DNA of 64,000 nt. Source: Bdellovibrionota bacterium (GTDB lineage: Bacteria > Bdellovibrionota_G > JALEGL01 > DATDPG01). The stretch covers positions 1,600,001-1,664,000 of the forward strand of contig OY764265.1 in assembly GCA_963668355.1 (NCBI GenBank), read 5' to 3'. Below the pieces are notes generated by a model, which was not told the origin of the DNA, made no database searches, and worked only from the letters and a program-made list of their open reading frames with translations. A program made the position numbers and the translations under genes. Numbering within the stretch: position 1 is the stretch's first letter; every line of letters starts with the position of its first letter. Shown one piece after another: positions 38,306 through 48,608 of this stretch.

Positions 38306-39274
38306 ATGAAATACATTCTTGTCACGGGTGCCGTAGGGCAAATTGGTTCCGAACTGACTTCCGCTCTTCGGAAAAGATATGGAAATGAACGCGTTATTGC
38401 TACGGACATTCGTATGCCGGATGATCCGGAGCTTCGCGACTCAGGACCGTTTGAATTTCTGGATGTCACCGATCCCAATCACATTACGAGAGTGATGCAA
38501 CGCTATTCCGTCGAAACGGTCTATCATTTGGCCGCACTTCTTTCTGCCGTGGGAGAGTCCCGCCCCAATCTGGCTTGGAAAATTAATATGAATGGGCTCT
38601 ACAATATGTTGGAAGTGGCTCGCCAATATCAATGCTCCATGTTTTTCCCGAGTTCCATTGGAGCCTTTGGTCCGAATACTCCCAAAAACAAAACACCTCA
38701 AGATACGCTTCAGCGACCTGATACCATTTATGGTGTGACGAAAGTCGCAGGGGAGTTGCTGTGTGATTACTATCATAAGCGTTTTGGCCTAGATACGCGT
38801 GGGGTTCGTTTTCCCGGTTTGATTTCCTATTTGACGGAACCCGGAGGGGGCACAACGGACTATGCCGTGGAGATTTTTGAGGCGGCCATCGAGCACGGGA
38901 AATATACCTGCTACCTGCGAGAAGATACGTCTTTGGACATGATGTATATGCCAGATGCCGTTCGAGCCATGATTGAGTTGATGGAGGCCGATTCGAGTCG
39001 CTTGATTCATCGAAACGCCTTCAATATTGCGGCCATGAATTTTACTCCGGCTGAAATTGCCGAAGAATTGAAGAAGCATATTCCGGGATTTTCGATTGAT
39101 TACAATGTGGACGCCATTCGACAAGAGATTGCAGATTCGTGGCCCGACTGCATGGATGATTCCGCGGCTCGTGAGGAATGGGGCTGGAAAGCTGAATTTG
39201 ATCTGCCCTCCATGGCCACAGATATCTTGAAGAAAATTCGGGATCGCGTTCGAACCACGAAGCGAAACCTCTAA
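38306..39274 (+). CDS. SDR-type L-threonine 3-dehydrogenase (NAD-dependent epimerase family)
   Basis: 'TGAVGQIG', 'HLAALLSA', 'YGVTK', 'PGGGTTDYAV', 'IADSWP'. Confidence 0.88.
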   Translation: MKYILVTGAVGQIGSELTSALRKRYGNERVIATDIRMPDDPELRDSGPFEFLDVTDPNHITRVMQRYSVETVYHLAALLSAVGESRPNLAWKINMNGLYNMLEVARQYQCSMFFPSSIGAFGPNTPKNKTPQDTLQRPDTIYGVTKVAGELLCDYYHKRFGLDTRGVRFPGLISYLTEPGGGTTDYAVEIFEAAIEHGKYTCYLREDTSLDMMYMPDAVRAMIELMEADSSRLIHRNAFNIAAMNFTPAEIAEELKKHIPGFSIDYNVDAIRQEIADSWPDCMDDSAAREEWGWKAEFDLPSMATDILKKIRDRVRTTKRNL

Positions 39275-39445
39275 AAATCGCTTTCGGTTCAACTCTGAAA
39301 GCTTTGCGGAGTAAGGTTTTCCTTGTTCCGGCGAAAACTAGTTGTCATTTCAGGAAGTTCTGGTCGAATACACGTATGAGGCTAAAAAAAGCCCATGGAA
39401 AAAGGCCCACTCTTTTTTCAACGCATTGAAATCATTTAGAAAGGT

Positions 39446-39462
39446 TTGGCACGTCCATTGCT
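39446..39462 (+). promoter_or_regulatory. Sigma-54 promoter
   Basis: TTGGCACGTCCATTGCT is a consensus match; IHF-like TTCAACGCATTG at 39417-39428. Confidence 0.8.
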
Positions 39463-39475
39463 CCACTTGACCCCC

Positions 39476-42271
39476 ATGATTGGATCCCGCTTCCCTCAAA
39501 ATCGTTCTCGTTTGTCTTCAACCCGAGGTATCGCGTTGGTGAGCATTTTGCTCTTGATCGCGATGATCTCCGCATTGGTGGTTCTCTCGCTTAGAAGCAC
39601 CAATTTGAAACGATGGGTTGCGGGGAGGGATCGAAGTCAAGCCAATCTCACACTTCTGGCCCGTTCCGCGACGGAGATCATTCACTTGCGTCTCAAACAG
39701 CGGATGAATCCAGGGATGTATCGGGACGACGGAACGTCCAAATCCATCGAAGAACTCCGAAGAATGGTCGAGTTTTCGGATGAAGGGACGGACGCTTTGG
39801 ATTACTGTCCTCCAGATACACCGGGAAATTGTTTTCATGGGTATCGCTTCCAACAAGGCAAAGATACCAAAACTCAACTGGGGCGATATGTCCGAGATTT
39901 TTTGAAAGAAGCGTCACATACCCGTGGAGGGGTTCCCGATCCCGTTGGTGTTTTTGAGCCTTGTTTAGAATCCAATGGTTGTGCGGCCAATGAAAACGCA
40001 CAATGGAAAGTGCGATATATTGGGGATCACGACTTGGATCCTCTCTATCCTGCTACGGGTCATACGGTTCCCATTCCCTTGCATGCCGGTTTCGACTTTC
40101 GAAACGATGGCCAAGACGACGAAGCCTATCAATTACTGGTTGAGATCGAAGCGTTTGATGGAAAGGGTGGTACCCGATCGGTCATTCAGGCTGACTATCT
40201 CTTGGTGGCTCCATTTCCTTCTGTGGATGCCATGTTTTCTTCCTCGGCTAACGTTCTTTCCCCAATGAATTTTCACTCCGGATATGTCAAAGGAGTTTTG
40301 GGGCATTTTCCCGATTCGCGAAACCTGATGGATTTTTATAGTGGAAAACCGTGGGTGGACTTGGAGTATTTTGATTTTGGCGAAAAGGGGGTCCTTCATC
40401 CGGCCTGCAAGGAGTATGGTCATAATCGGATGACTGGAGGGGGAGCTAAATATCCTTGCAATAGCCTTTTTTCCAGTGGAGCCCGAGTGGCAGATCATGA
40501 GCGTCCCATCTTTTACGCTCACATGTTGTCGAAGGGGTTGATCACCAACTTGGGAATTGGATACGGAACCTTCTACTCTGGCGGTGGAGGTGGAATGAGT
40601 TTTGATGATGGTGATGCGAGTACAGGAGATCCCAGTAGCATCGAAGAAACACGTGAAGTGGACGCGGATGCATTGTTGTTTCGAGATCCAAGTACTTTCG
40701 CGATGCCGGAAGACATGATTCTTGGACGAAATGAGGATGGCACCATCAGCGATTTCAGTTTTCTCACAGATTTGGCCACCATGCGAAACAATGATGTGGT
40801 TCCAAAGGTTACCTCCAGTGGAGGCAATTGCATTTACTTGAGTGATGGAAGCACCGATGGGGGGCTGTCGACACCCGTAAATGCTTTGCCCGATGGAAAG
40901 ACCGACCAGAGTGTGGTTTTGGCGCCAACGTCTACATGTACCATTCATATCGAAGGGGATTATGTTTTTGATGGCGATCTGGTTTGGGGAGGCACCGGGG
41001 AGGGGGTGGTGACCGGAGCCAGTGGTTTGCTGGATTCCAATTTGTTGGTGACGGGGAATGTGTACATTTTAAACAACATCAACGTGAAAGTTGGCCCCAA
41101 TGGATCGGAAGCTCAGAATCAACAGTGGGCCAATTACCGCAACGATAATTTTAGTGCGGCCAATTCGAGTTTGACTCAGGAATTTGATTCGCTTTCGTTG
41201 GTGGCAGGGGGACATGTTGTGATCGGCAATTTGGCCAATAGCAATACCTACGCACACATCATGACCAACGCGAACAGCGAGCTACCGTATTACAATACTG
41301 ATTTTGATGGAGATGGTTTGGGGGATTACTTGGTGCCAGACGGTTATCGACCAGGCTCCACGGGTCGACCGACGAATGATCAATTCCAAGTTCGGCGTCA
41401 CACCTGCGCAGAACAATTGGCTGCCGGTCTGGTTTCGCATTGTTCGACCAACGCTCCGGGGTTATTGCCTGAGGGGTCGACTTTGGTCGAAAATCATTTG
41501 TATAAATTTGGATTCCTTCAAGACATGTTTCCGTTCCCGGATGGTGGAGCAGGTGAGGACGCTGGAGGCTTTGGTTATGTTCGAAATCCAAATGATCCAG
41601 CCAATCATGTTGATCCGGCCAATCCATCTGCGGACACCCCGGCTACGGCGAATCGCCCATTAACGGTGCAAGACCCACTTCATCAAAGCTCTCTTCCCGT
41701 TGGAGCCAACAGCGATCTGTTTCAGGGAGGGTGGATCAGTACTCAAAAGTTTAGAGAATTTGCCAATGCTTCGATTGTTTCAGGTGACCCTCTTCGGCAA
41801 CATGATTCTTTTCATCCAGACTATGTCAATCAGGCCCATTTTATTGCTGCAAAGCTCTTTGCAGGGGGTGCAGTTGTTGGATTGGCGAGTTTTGATGACA
41901 AATACAATTTGCCGGAAGATGGCAGTGACAATCCTGACCGCATGACGGGGGATCCGACGGTGGTCAAATTTACTTCCTATCGAGATGGAGGTTGGGGACG
42001 ATTGTTGACCAAACGTGTAAATTCGACCTCCCGTTATCCAAATCGTTGCACGAGCATTCCGGGTGACGTTCCCTATTTGAATTCAGATCCTTTTGGAGAT
42101 GGGAAGGGCATTCCACGAGGAATCGATGTTTTTGGTGGGATCTTTGCCAAGTATGTGAATGTGTTGTCGACCAATGGTTTGTGTATGTATAGTGATGATC
42201 GTCCAGCCAACCCTGGACATGAAGACATTCTTGTTTTGCAAGGCTCTGCGTATCAGGAGGAAGCTCGTTGA
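39476..42271 (+). CDS. Very large PilX-like minor pilin (about 930 aa)
   Basis: 'TRG|IALVSILLLIAMISALVV' class III signal without E5; Gly/Asp/Asn-rich C-terminal region with a DFDGDG motif. Confidence 0.75.
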   Translation: MIGSRFPQNRSRLSSTRGIALVSILLLIAMISALVVLSLRSTNLKRWVAGRDRSQANLTLLARSATEIIHLRLKQRMNPGMYRDDGTSKSIEELRRMVEFSDEGTDALDYCPPDTPGNCFHGYRFQQGKDTKTQLGRYVRDFLKEASHTRGGVPDPVGVFEPCLESNGCAANENAQWKVRYIGDHDLDPLYPATGHTVPIPLHAGFDFRNDGQDDEAYQLLVEIEAFDGKGGTRSVIQADYLLVAPFPSVDAMFSSSANVLSPMNFHSGYVKGVLGHFPDSRNLMDFYSGKPWVDLEYFDFGEKGVLHPACKEYGHNRMTGGGAKYPCNSLFSSGARVADHERPIFYAHMLSKGLITNLGIGYGTFYSGGGGGMSFDDGDASTGDPSSIEETREVDADALLFRDPSTFAMPEDMILGRNEDGTISDFSFLTDLATMRNNDVVPKVTSSGGNCIYLSDGSTDGGLSTPVNALPDGKTDQSVVLAPTSTCTIHIEGDYVFDGDLVWGGTGEGVVTGASGLLDSNLLVTGNVYILNNINVKVGPNGSEAQNQQWANYRNDNFSAANSSLTQEFDSLSLVAGGHVVIGNLANSNTYAHIMTNANSELPYYNTDFDGDGLGDYLVPDGYRPGSTGRPTNDQFQVRRHTCAEQLAAGLVSHCSTNAPGLLPEGSTLVENHLYKFGFLQDMFPFPDGGAGEDAGGFGYVRNPNDPANHVDPANPSADTPATANRPLTVQDPLHQSSLPVGANSDLFQGGWISTQKFREFANASIVSGDPLRQHDSFHPDYVNQAHFIAAKLFAGGAVVGLASFDDKYNLPEDGSDNPDRMTGDPTVVKFTSYRDGGWGRLLTKRVNSTSRYPNRCTSIPGDVPYLNSDPFGDGKGIPRGIDVFGGIFAKYVNVLSTNGLCMYSDDRPANPGHEDILVLQGSAYQEEAR

Positions 42272-43248
42272 AGAAATCCGGTGGTTGGTCTCTGACGGAG
42301 TTGCTCATTGGCCTGGCGGTTTTTGCCATCGTGATGGCTGGAATTTATCAATACTTTGTTGGGGCCACGCGTCTGTCTCAAGACACGATCAAGCAAAACG
42401 TATTTGAACGAAACGTTCGAAGTTTAAAAGCCTTGCTGGAGAGAAGAGTCAAAAACTTAGGCTTCAATCCTCTGTTGACGCCCTATGATATTTTTTCAAA
42501 TTGTGACAACCCCCCTTCTCCGTTCAGTGCCAATCGCATTGGCTTGGCAGCGGCGGAGCCTCATCGAATGTTGTTTACCTCGGATGACAATATCTTGTTT
42601 AAGCCAGATCCGACCAACGCGGATGGCTGGACCGGGAGCATCCAGCCCTCGGAAAAATACGGGTTCTGGGTTGCTTCAGATGCTCATTCCCCGGCCATCA
42701 ATTTCAGTCACTTGACCAATTCTGATGGCGAACTATGTGATCCTCTGACGGAGGGTTCTTTCACGGAAACCTATTCTCTTTTTCAGCGCGTAAAGAATGG
42801 AGACTCTCCAAATTATTTGACGGAGAGTACGGTTGCCTCCGCCTTGGCCAATAATGTGGCCTGTTTTGAGGTTCGGTATTATGCGCCGTCTCCGATCGGG
42901 TCTGCAGATGCATGGACACGGGTTTGGGATGGAAGCACTGAAGAAGAAATGGTTTATCGGATTCCTTCGACATTTGACTGCCTTGACCCAGATGTGGATA
43001 CGGGGTTTCCAAACTATTTTCGGTACGTTCGAGATAGCATTCGTTTAATTCGAATGGGATTGGTCTTGGTCGCTCCCCGCAGTGAGACAGATGAAATTGC
43101 CCGAACGAATCGCTTTACCGGGGATGGGCGAAAAGCGACACGAGTCATTGTTGAGACCCGACTTGGAAATGTTCCATGGATGTCCAATACACTCATGTCT
43201 TCTGACGGGACATCGGTGTGTATGCCAACCGGAAACTGTTCTCCTTAA
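42268..43248 (+). CDS. PilW-like minor pilin
   Basis: 'GG|WSLTELLIGLAVFAIV' with E5; 'LANNVACFEVRY', 'IRLIRMGLV'. Confidence 0.8.
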   Translation: MKKSGGWSLTELLIGLAVFAIVMAGIYQYFVGATRLSQDTIKQNVFERNVRSLKALLERRVKNLGFNPLLTPYDIFSNCDNPPSPFSANRIGLAAAEPHRMLFTSDDNILFKPDPTNADGWTGSIQPSEKYGFWVASDAHSPAINFSHLTNSDGELCDPLTEGSFTETYSLFQRVKNGDSPNYLTESTVASALANNVACFEVRYYAPSPIGSADAWTRVWDGSTEEEMVYRIPSTFDCLDPDVDTGFPNYFRYVRDSIRLIRMGLVLVAPRSETDEIARTNRFTGDGRKATRVIVETRLGNVPWMSNTLMSSDGTSVCMPTGNCSP

Positions 43249-43258
43249 ATTCCAGAGC

Positions 43259-46200
43259 TTAGGGGCGACGACGCCAGTCGATTTTTCCCAACCTTCTCAT
43301 GGCCGGGGTCGAACGCCACCGCGTACAAAGTTGAGATGAACGCTCGGCCAGGTCCATGTCGCCCAAAACCAGGAAGCGGCTTTCGAAAAACAATTCCATT
43401 TCACGTTGCATATTCCACGTGTGCGTGGACACTTGTTCTTCTACTTGCGTGCGTAGGTGTTGTTTCCAACTCTCTTCTTCTTCGAAGAAATCATTCGCAA
43501 TCAAATCTCTGGAGATAGAACTGCCGAGCAGGGGTTCCATATTCGGGTGAACTGGAATGAAAAATTCAAGCGACCGATCCTCATCTTGCTTGCGTGCCTC
43601 CTCGTGAGCCAAGAGAAGGGGCTTTTTCTTTTTCTCATAAGCTTGAGTCAGTTCGATCAGGTTCTGTTTATATTCGCGTTTTGCCTCTTCGAGAGACGAC
43701 AGAATTGTGGGAAGTGGGAATTCAAAGATTCCATACGAAAGCGTATCTCCGATCAGAATTCCGGACCCCACGGGCGCCCCGGTGAGAGAAGCTTGATCAT
43801 AGTCACGCTTGATTTGTTGCCAATAGCGTACGTCTTTGCTCAGCCGATGTTTCTCGGCTTGAAATTCAGCGTGGGCTTTGGAGAGAGGGGAGATGATGTC
43901 CAAATAAGCATAATAATGTTGAAAAGCTTCGGCCACAGGAGCCATCCATTGACTTAACTCTTCTAAAGTAGGATCTGCGTTGGAACAAAATACCTGTTGG
44001 TCAAACTCCATCATTCGATCGGCCAACTGGTTGCGTAGATCGTTGACTTGCCATTTCTCAAGCAGTTTGTCTTCGACCCAGTTTTCCAAGCGGATCAAGG
44101 AAAACTCTGCAATGACGGAAAGAGGGATTTCAAGCAAGGATAAGGTTCCTAGGGATTTGGCTTTCCATCCTGTGGCGGCGAGTTTCACACCGGAAAAACC
44201 GTTTCGAATCAAACGAAGGGTTCGGTTGACGGTGAAGGAGGCCAATACAATGTTTCCCATTTGACGTGGCTGGTTCTTCCAGTCCAGATGTCCATTGGCC
44301 AGTTCGACGGCCAGAAGTGCAAACCACAACCGTGTTGCCCGGGCGGATGCCCCTCGAAGTCCGGAGGTGCCTAAATCGGCTTTCAGGAAACGACGCGAAG
44401 CCATTCCACCCACCTGTCCCCCGATTTCCAAGGGAATGTACACTTCCTCTAAATTGTTCAGGACGTGGGAGAGCGTTAGACGACGAAGAACCATCGGGTC
44501 TTTCGTGATGGCGGCCTCAATGGCCGTGCTTCCATACTCTCCGATCGCATAGACCCCGGCTCCGGCAATGGGTCTGGAAGAAAGCATCTTTCCAGCCGAG
44601 TCAAAGCCGTTGGCCAAGGCTTCTTTGGGACGACCGCGACCTGAATTTTGATTTGTCGATTCCATCCAAGGTCCAGGAATAAGAGTGGTGTGGAGGGTGA
44701 TGTCCTTCCCCCTTGCAGAAGAGGATGACCCTGCCACTTCCAAAAGGAGGCGTTGAAAATCATAGAGTGCTTGAAGGGGAGGCATTCGTTGAATTCGAGA
44801 TGAGATGTCCTCGGATTGCTTTTGTGCTTTTTGTTCTAAGACCTCGTGGGCTTGCTCCAGACGAGCGGTTTCAAGAGTCAAAGAGGTATTCAAAAGCGCC
44901 GAACGAATTCGGGGAAACGTTTTGGCTCGAGCAGAGGCGAAAGCTTCCAAAGAACTTGTGCAATTGCGTAAGTGTCTCCCCAGAGCCTCAGAAAAACGAT
45001 TGCCTTGGCCGAGTCGTTCCGAATGATCCAATCCCCATTGAATATCGGCAAGTCTTTCGCGGGTTTCATCAATGGCTTCGGTTACTGCAAAACCGGGTTT
45101 GCCATAGTCAGCCCATCTTAGGGAAATCGCTTCAATGGTCGAAGCCCAAATGGTCAGGCCCTTGCCTGAAAAATAATTCTGGGCTTTTTGAAGGCGGCTC
45201 TTCAGAGCTTCTGTCTTTTCGATCAACGCCTCCAGGTCTTTCACGGCCTGTTCTGTCTCGAAAAAATTTTGTTCGGCTTCTGCCAGCGTGGTTCGATAGG
45301 TGTTGGCATGTTCCCAACCGCTTGGAAGTAGGTTGGTTGGGATTTGGCCAAGAACTTGGGCTTCTTGAACCAAGTTAAATAATGTTCGCATGGAATGAGA
45401 CCTCTCCGCGGGGGTGAGGAAATCGTTTTCTAAGTGTTCCACTTCAGCCGAGATTGCTTGGGCCGTGTGACGCAATTGTCGCCACTCGCTTTTTCGTTCG
45501 GCCTCAGTGCGTTCGGCCCATCGATCCAGATACGCCGAAGAGCGCACTCGACCATCGTAATCCAAATGATTCAATGCAGCTCGGATGCGAGCTTGAGCTT
45601 CTTTGTAAGCTTTTTGAAGGAGGTATCCTCCAGGACCGATCACCGTGCTTAAGTCGGTTCCGGCCTTCAGCGCAGCGTTGATGCGTGTGTTAGGAAGCTC
45701 TTCCAGAACATTTTCAATTTTTTGATGGGTTTGCTTTTCAAGCGTGGAGATTTGACGGGGTTTTAAATCTTCGAAACGTAAGCGGTTTAGGGTTTCAAGA
45801 CTCTCTTGCAAAAGCGTACACCAAGATTTTAGAGTCTCAATTTCTTCGGCGTGACGGTTGCGAATATGCTCCAAAGCGCGGACGGCCGCGGCTTGATCTC
45901 TGTGGTGAATCGTTGTGGGAACCGAAGTTTTGAGGGTTTCTTGGCTTCCATCCAAAAGGGTGACCGTTACGTTTCGGACTTTGGTTGTGGGAACGGTCCT
46001 TCCTTGTCTCGCATCGGCTTGGGGGAGAGGATAGGCATTCTCATTTAAGAGGTTGAACGTCCCTTCCACACCTTCAAGCATGGCAGGTATCTGGGATCGG
46101 AGCTGCCTCGGGTCCGTATTCTGAATGCGAAGGAGCTGAACCGTGAGTTTTTCCTCCAGTAAAGCGGATCTTTGATTATTCTCCCCGGTTTTATCGGAGG

Positions 46201-47239
46201 TTCGTAATTTCGCATTCAATTCTTCTAAACGCTCGCGCGTTGGAATCTCAGTCGGGAAAGGGGGGAGGGCATACCTTTGAGCTAAATGAAAAATCGCCTC
46301 TTGAAGGGATTCTGCAATGGGCTCTCCCGGTTTGGTGGTTACATGTAAATTTAACGCTCGCTTGATTTGGCTCACTTCTCTTAATCCCACCTCGATTTGA
46401 AGACGTCGTTCATTTCCTAAAAAGGTCGCTCGAGCTTGAGTCAAACTATCGATGATGGAAGAAGGCCAGAGATGAATCGTTTCATGAGGAAGAAGATTCT
46501 CGGGAATTTGGGCGTAAGGAATAACTTGATAAGGATGTTTTCCGGCCTGAATGTTTTCTGGAACGAAGCGTCGGTTATTGGCTATGGCCTCTGGAAATGC
46601 CGCATTTCTTGCTCTTCGTGCGATGGGATAGGGTTCAACCTTTCCCATTAGGCGGATCAGTCGTTCCTGTTGATCGGGAAGGGCAAGATCAAACGCCAAT
46701 CGCCACGCTTGGATGATGGAAGGGTGGGCTCCGGAATTGGTGAGTCGGCCGTATTCGATGATGTCTCCCAATTGCGTGATCAAAAATCCTCGGAGCCATT
46801 TTCCCTGAAGGGAATGGTTCGCATCCTGGAAGACGGGTAAAAGATCCCTTGAAAAACGAATCAATGTTTCGTTTGTGCTTTCACCGGGGGCTTTGGTCAA
46901 ACATGCTTGACTCAGATTTCGGGAGAGGGCGTTCAGACCCCGTTCGTCGAGATACGGAAGGGCCAAAAACAAAAGACGGGAATCGAATTGACCTTCGTTG
47001 GCACGTTGATGGAAACGTCTCACCATCTCTTGGAGGATTAATTCCCTTTTGGTGCGGTTGGTTCGTTGCGTTTCCAGGTAATTTTGTAATTCGGAGAGGG
47101 GGAGTGTGGATAAGGATTGGCCTTCTTCGAGGATTCGAATTGTTTCCGGAGAAGGTGCTCCCCGTTCTTGGGTCCAGGCGGGACTCCCGTAGAGTCCAAG
47201 GGTTAGGCCCATGGCTAAGATGAAGAAAATTCGGGACAT
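43259..47239 (-). CDS. Large exported helical hypothetical protein (1326 aa)
   Basis: Signal peptide, long coiled-coil-like stretches, hydrophobic helices in the C-terminal third; no family recognised. Confidence 0.65.
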   Translation of the reverse strand: MSRIFFILAMGLTLGLYGSPAWTQERGAPSPETIRILEEGQSLSTLPLSELQNYLETQRTNRTKRELILQEMVRRFHQRANEGQFDSRLLFLALPYLDERGLNALSRNLSQACLTKAPGESTNETLIRFSRDLLPVFQDANHSLQGKWLRGFLITQLGDIIEYGRLTNSGAHPSIIQAWRLAFDLALPDQQERLIRLMGKVEPYPIARRARNAAFPEAIANNRRFVPENIQAGKHPYQVIPYAQIPENLLPHETIHLWPSSIIDSLTQARATFLGNERRLQIEVGLREVSQIKRALNLHVTTKPGEPIAESLQEAIFHLAQRYALPPFPTEIPTRERLEELNAKLRTSDKTGENNQRSALLEEKLTVQLLRIQNTDPRQLRSQIPAMLEGVEGTFNLLNENAYPLPQADARQGRTVPTTKVRNVTVTLLDGSQETLKTSVPTTIHHRDQAAAVRALEHIRNRHAEEIETLKSWCTLLQESLETLNRLRFEDLKPRQISTLEKQTHQKIENVLEELPNTRINAALKAGTDLSTVIGPGGYLLQKAYKEAQARIRAALNHLDYDGRVRSSAYLDRWAERTEAERKSEWRQLRHTAQAISAEVEHLENDFLTPAERSHSMRTLFNLVQEAQVLGQIPTNLLPSGWEHANTYRTTLAEAEQNFFETEQAVKDLEALIEKTEALKSRLQKAQNYFSGKGLTIWASTIEAISLRWADYGKPGFAVTEAIDETRERLADIQWGLDHSERLGQGNRFSEALGRHLRNCTSSLEAFASARAKTFPRIRSALLNTSLTLETARLEQAHEVLEQKAQKQSEDISSRIQRMPPLQALYDFQRLLLEVAGSSSSARGKDITLHTTLIPGPWMESTNQNSGRGRPKEALANGFDSAGKMLSSRPIAGAGVYAIGEYGSTAIEAAITKDPMVLRRLTLSHVLNNLEEVYIPLEIGGQVGGMASRRFLKADLGTSGLRGASARATRLWFALLAVELANGHLDWKNQPRQMGNIVLASFTVNRTLRLIRNGFSGVKLAATGWKAKSLGTLSLLEIPLSVIAEFSLIRLENWVEDKLLEKWQVNDLRNQLADRMMEFDQQVFCSNADPTLEELSQWMAPVAEAFQHYYAYLDIISPLSKAHAEFQAEKHRLSKDVRYWQQIKRDYDQASLTGAPVGSGILIGDTLSYGIFEFPLPTILSSLEEAKREYKQNLIELTQAYEKKKKPLLLAHEEARKQDEDRSLEFFIPVHPNMEPLLGSSISRDLIANDFFEEEESWKQHLRTQVEEQVSTHTWNMQREMELFFESRFLVLGDMDLAERSSQLCTRWRSTPAMRRLGKIDWRRRP

Positions 47240-47321
47240 TCAGGGAGGCTTGTAACAAAAGATGACGCAAGATGCTAACTCTTAAAATGGCGTATTTTTA
47301 ATGGGTTAGACGCTCTTGGAT

Positions 47322-47918
47322 TTACTTTTTTTTGGCTTCGTCTCGGGCACGAACGGCCTCTAGTAGAACCCAGTCGCTTCGAACCGTACCGGGCAAAACC
47401 AATTCGGTGAGATTGACCATGATTCCATCCGGACTGCGATGGTTTTTGGAGCAGAAGAAAAACAGGCCTTTTTTCCAATCAATGACTTGCGCCACGATCT
47501 CTTGAATTTGAATCACAACTGCATCTCGAATGGCTTTTTCTTCCACCGCACCCAGTTTTACCAAGACGCTTCCCAGGGGAATTTTCCCCTCTGAAATTTT
47601 TTGGATTCGGAGGGCGTGTTTCAAGATGTCTTTTTCAATGGAACCCTGTTTGAGAAGGATCTCCCCAATATTGGTTTGTCCGGTTCCCGTGGCGCGAATG
47701 AGATGTCCTTCCTGAATGAAAAGCTCCGCGACTTTTCCTTGAATCTCATGGAATGTGAGAATGCCGCTGGGACGACTGCTCAAGACATATTGAATACCAT
47801 CAATGGCTGAAAAGTGTTCCAGTCTTCCCGCTAGAATCGCTTCCGAAAATTTGGACAAGGAAGTGCGCAGATGTTTGGGCGTGCAAGGCTCTTTTTTTTT
47901 GGATGAAAAGACTCCCAT
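47322..47918 (-). CDS. DUF4388 domain protein
   Basis: 'SGILTF....ELFIQEGHLIRA', 'IGEILLKQG', 'LGSVLVKLG', 'WKKGLFFF', 'LLEAVRARDE'. Confidence 0.8.
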   Translation of the reverse strand: MGVFSSKKKEPCTPKHLRTSLSKFSEAILAGRLEHFSAIDGIQYVLSSRPSGILTFHEIQGKVAELFIQEGHLIRATGTGQTNIGEILLKQGSIEKDILKHALRIQKISEGKIPLGSVLVKLGAVEEKAIRDAVVIQIQEIVAQVIDWKKGLFFFCSKNHRSPDGIMVNLTELVLPGTVRSDWVLLEAVRARDEAKKK

Positions 47919-47944
47919 TGAGTGGAGGGTATTCTACCCAAGGC

Positions 47945-47979
47945 AAAAAAAACGCCCCACAAAATTGTGGGGCGTTTTT
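47945..47979 (-). terminator. Intrinsic terminator downstream of ahpC (bidirectional)
   Basis: aaaaaaaacgccccaca-aaat-tgtggggcgttttt. Confidence 0.9.
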
Positions 47980-47999
47980 CGGTTGAGTCTAGAGAGAGC

Positions 48000-48587
48000 T
48001 TAGGATCCAAAATACTCTTTGAGACCTGAATCCGAAGGCTTCATGCTTTTGTCGCCTTTGTTCCAGTTGGCCGGACAAACCTCACCGTTCTTTTCGAAGA
48101 ACTGAAGTGCATCCACCATTCGCAGGGACTCGTCCACATTTCTTCCCAAGGGAAGGTCGTTCACGACTTGGTGGCGAACGACGCCATTTTTGTCGATCAA
48201 GAAGAAGCCACGATACGCAACACCTGCGCCTTCCACTTCAATCCCATAGTCACGCGTAATCGTTTTGTTCATGTCCGAAACGATGGGGTACGTGACGCCT
48301 TTAATTCCACCCTGCTCTTTCGGCGTGTTAAGCCAAGCGAAGTGAGAAAATTGAGAATCCACGGATGCGCCAATGACTTGGACGTTTCGCTCTTCAAAAT
48401 CGGCCAGCTTTTCCTGGAATGCGTGGAGTTCTGTCGGACAAACAAAGGTGAAATCCAAGGGGTAGAAAAATAGGGCCACATATTTTTTGCCTTTAAATTG
48501 AGACAACGTGAAATTTTCAACCATTTCGCCGTTAACGACGGCATTGGCTTTGAAATCAGGGGCCTGCTTTCCAACTAATACGCTCAT
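48000..48587 (-). CDS. ahpC: 2-Cys peroxiredoxin (AhpC/Prx1)
   Basis: 'FYPLDFTFVCPTE' and 'GEVCPANW'. Confidence 0.96.
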   Translation of the reverse strand: MSVLVGKQAPDFKANAVVNGEMVENFTLSQFKGKKYVALFFYPLDFTFVCPTELHAFQEKLADFEERNVQVIGASVDSQFSHFAWLNTPKEQGGIKGVTYPIVSDMNKTITRDYGIEVEGAGVAYRGFFLIDKNGVVRHQVVNDLPLGRNVDESLRMVDALQFFEKNGEVCPANWNKGDKSMKPSDSGLKEYFGS

Positions 48588-48608
48588 AATGCTCTCCTTA
48601 AAATTAGG

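Noticed and set aside
40133..40948. Long antisense or alternate-frame ORFs (e.g. 40133-40948, 29183-29821, 30630-31244, 56984-57583)
   Set aside because: They lie entirely within well-supported genes and show no recognisable motifs; treated as shadow ORFs.
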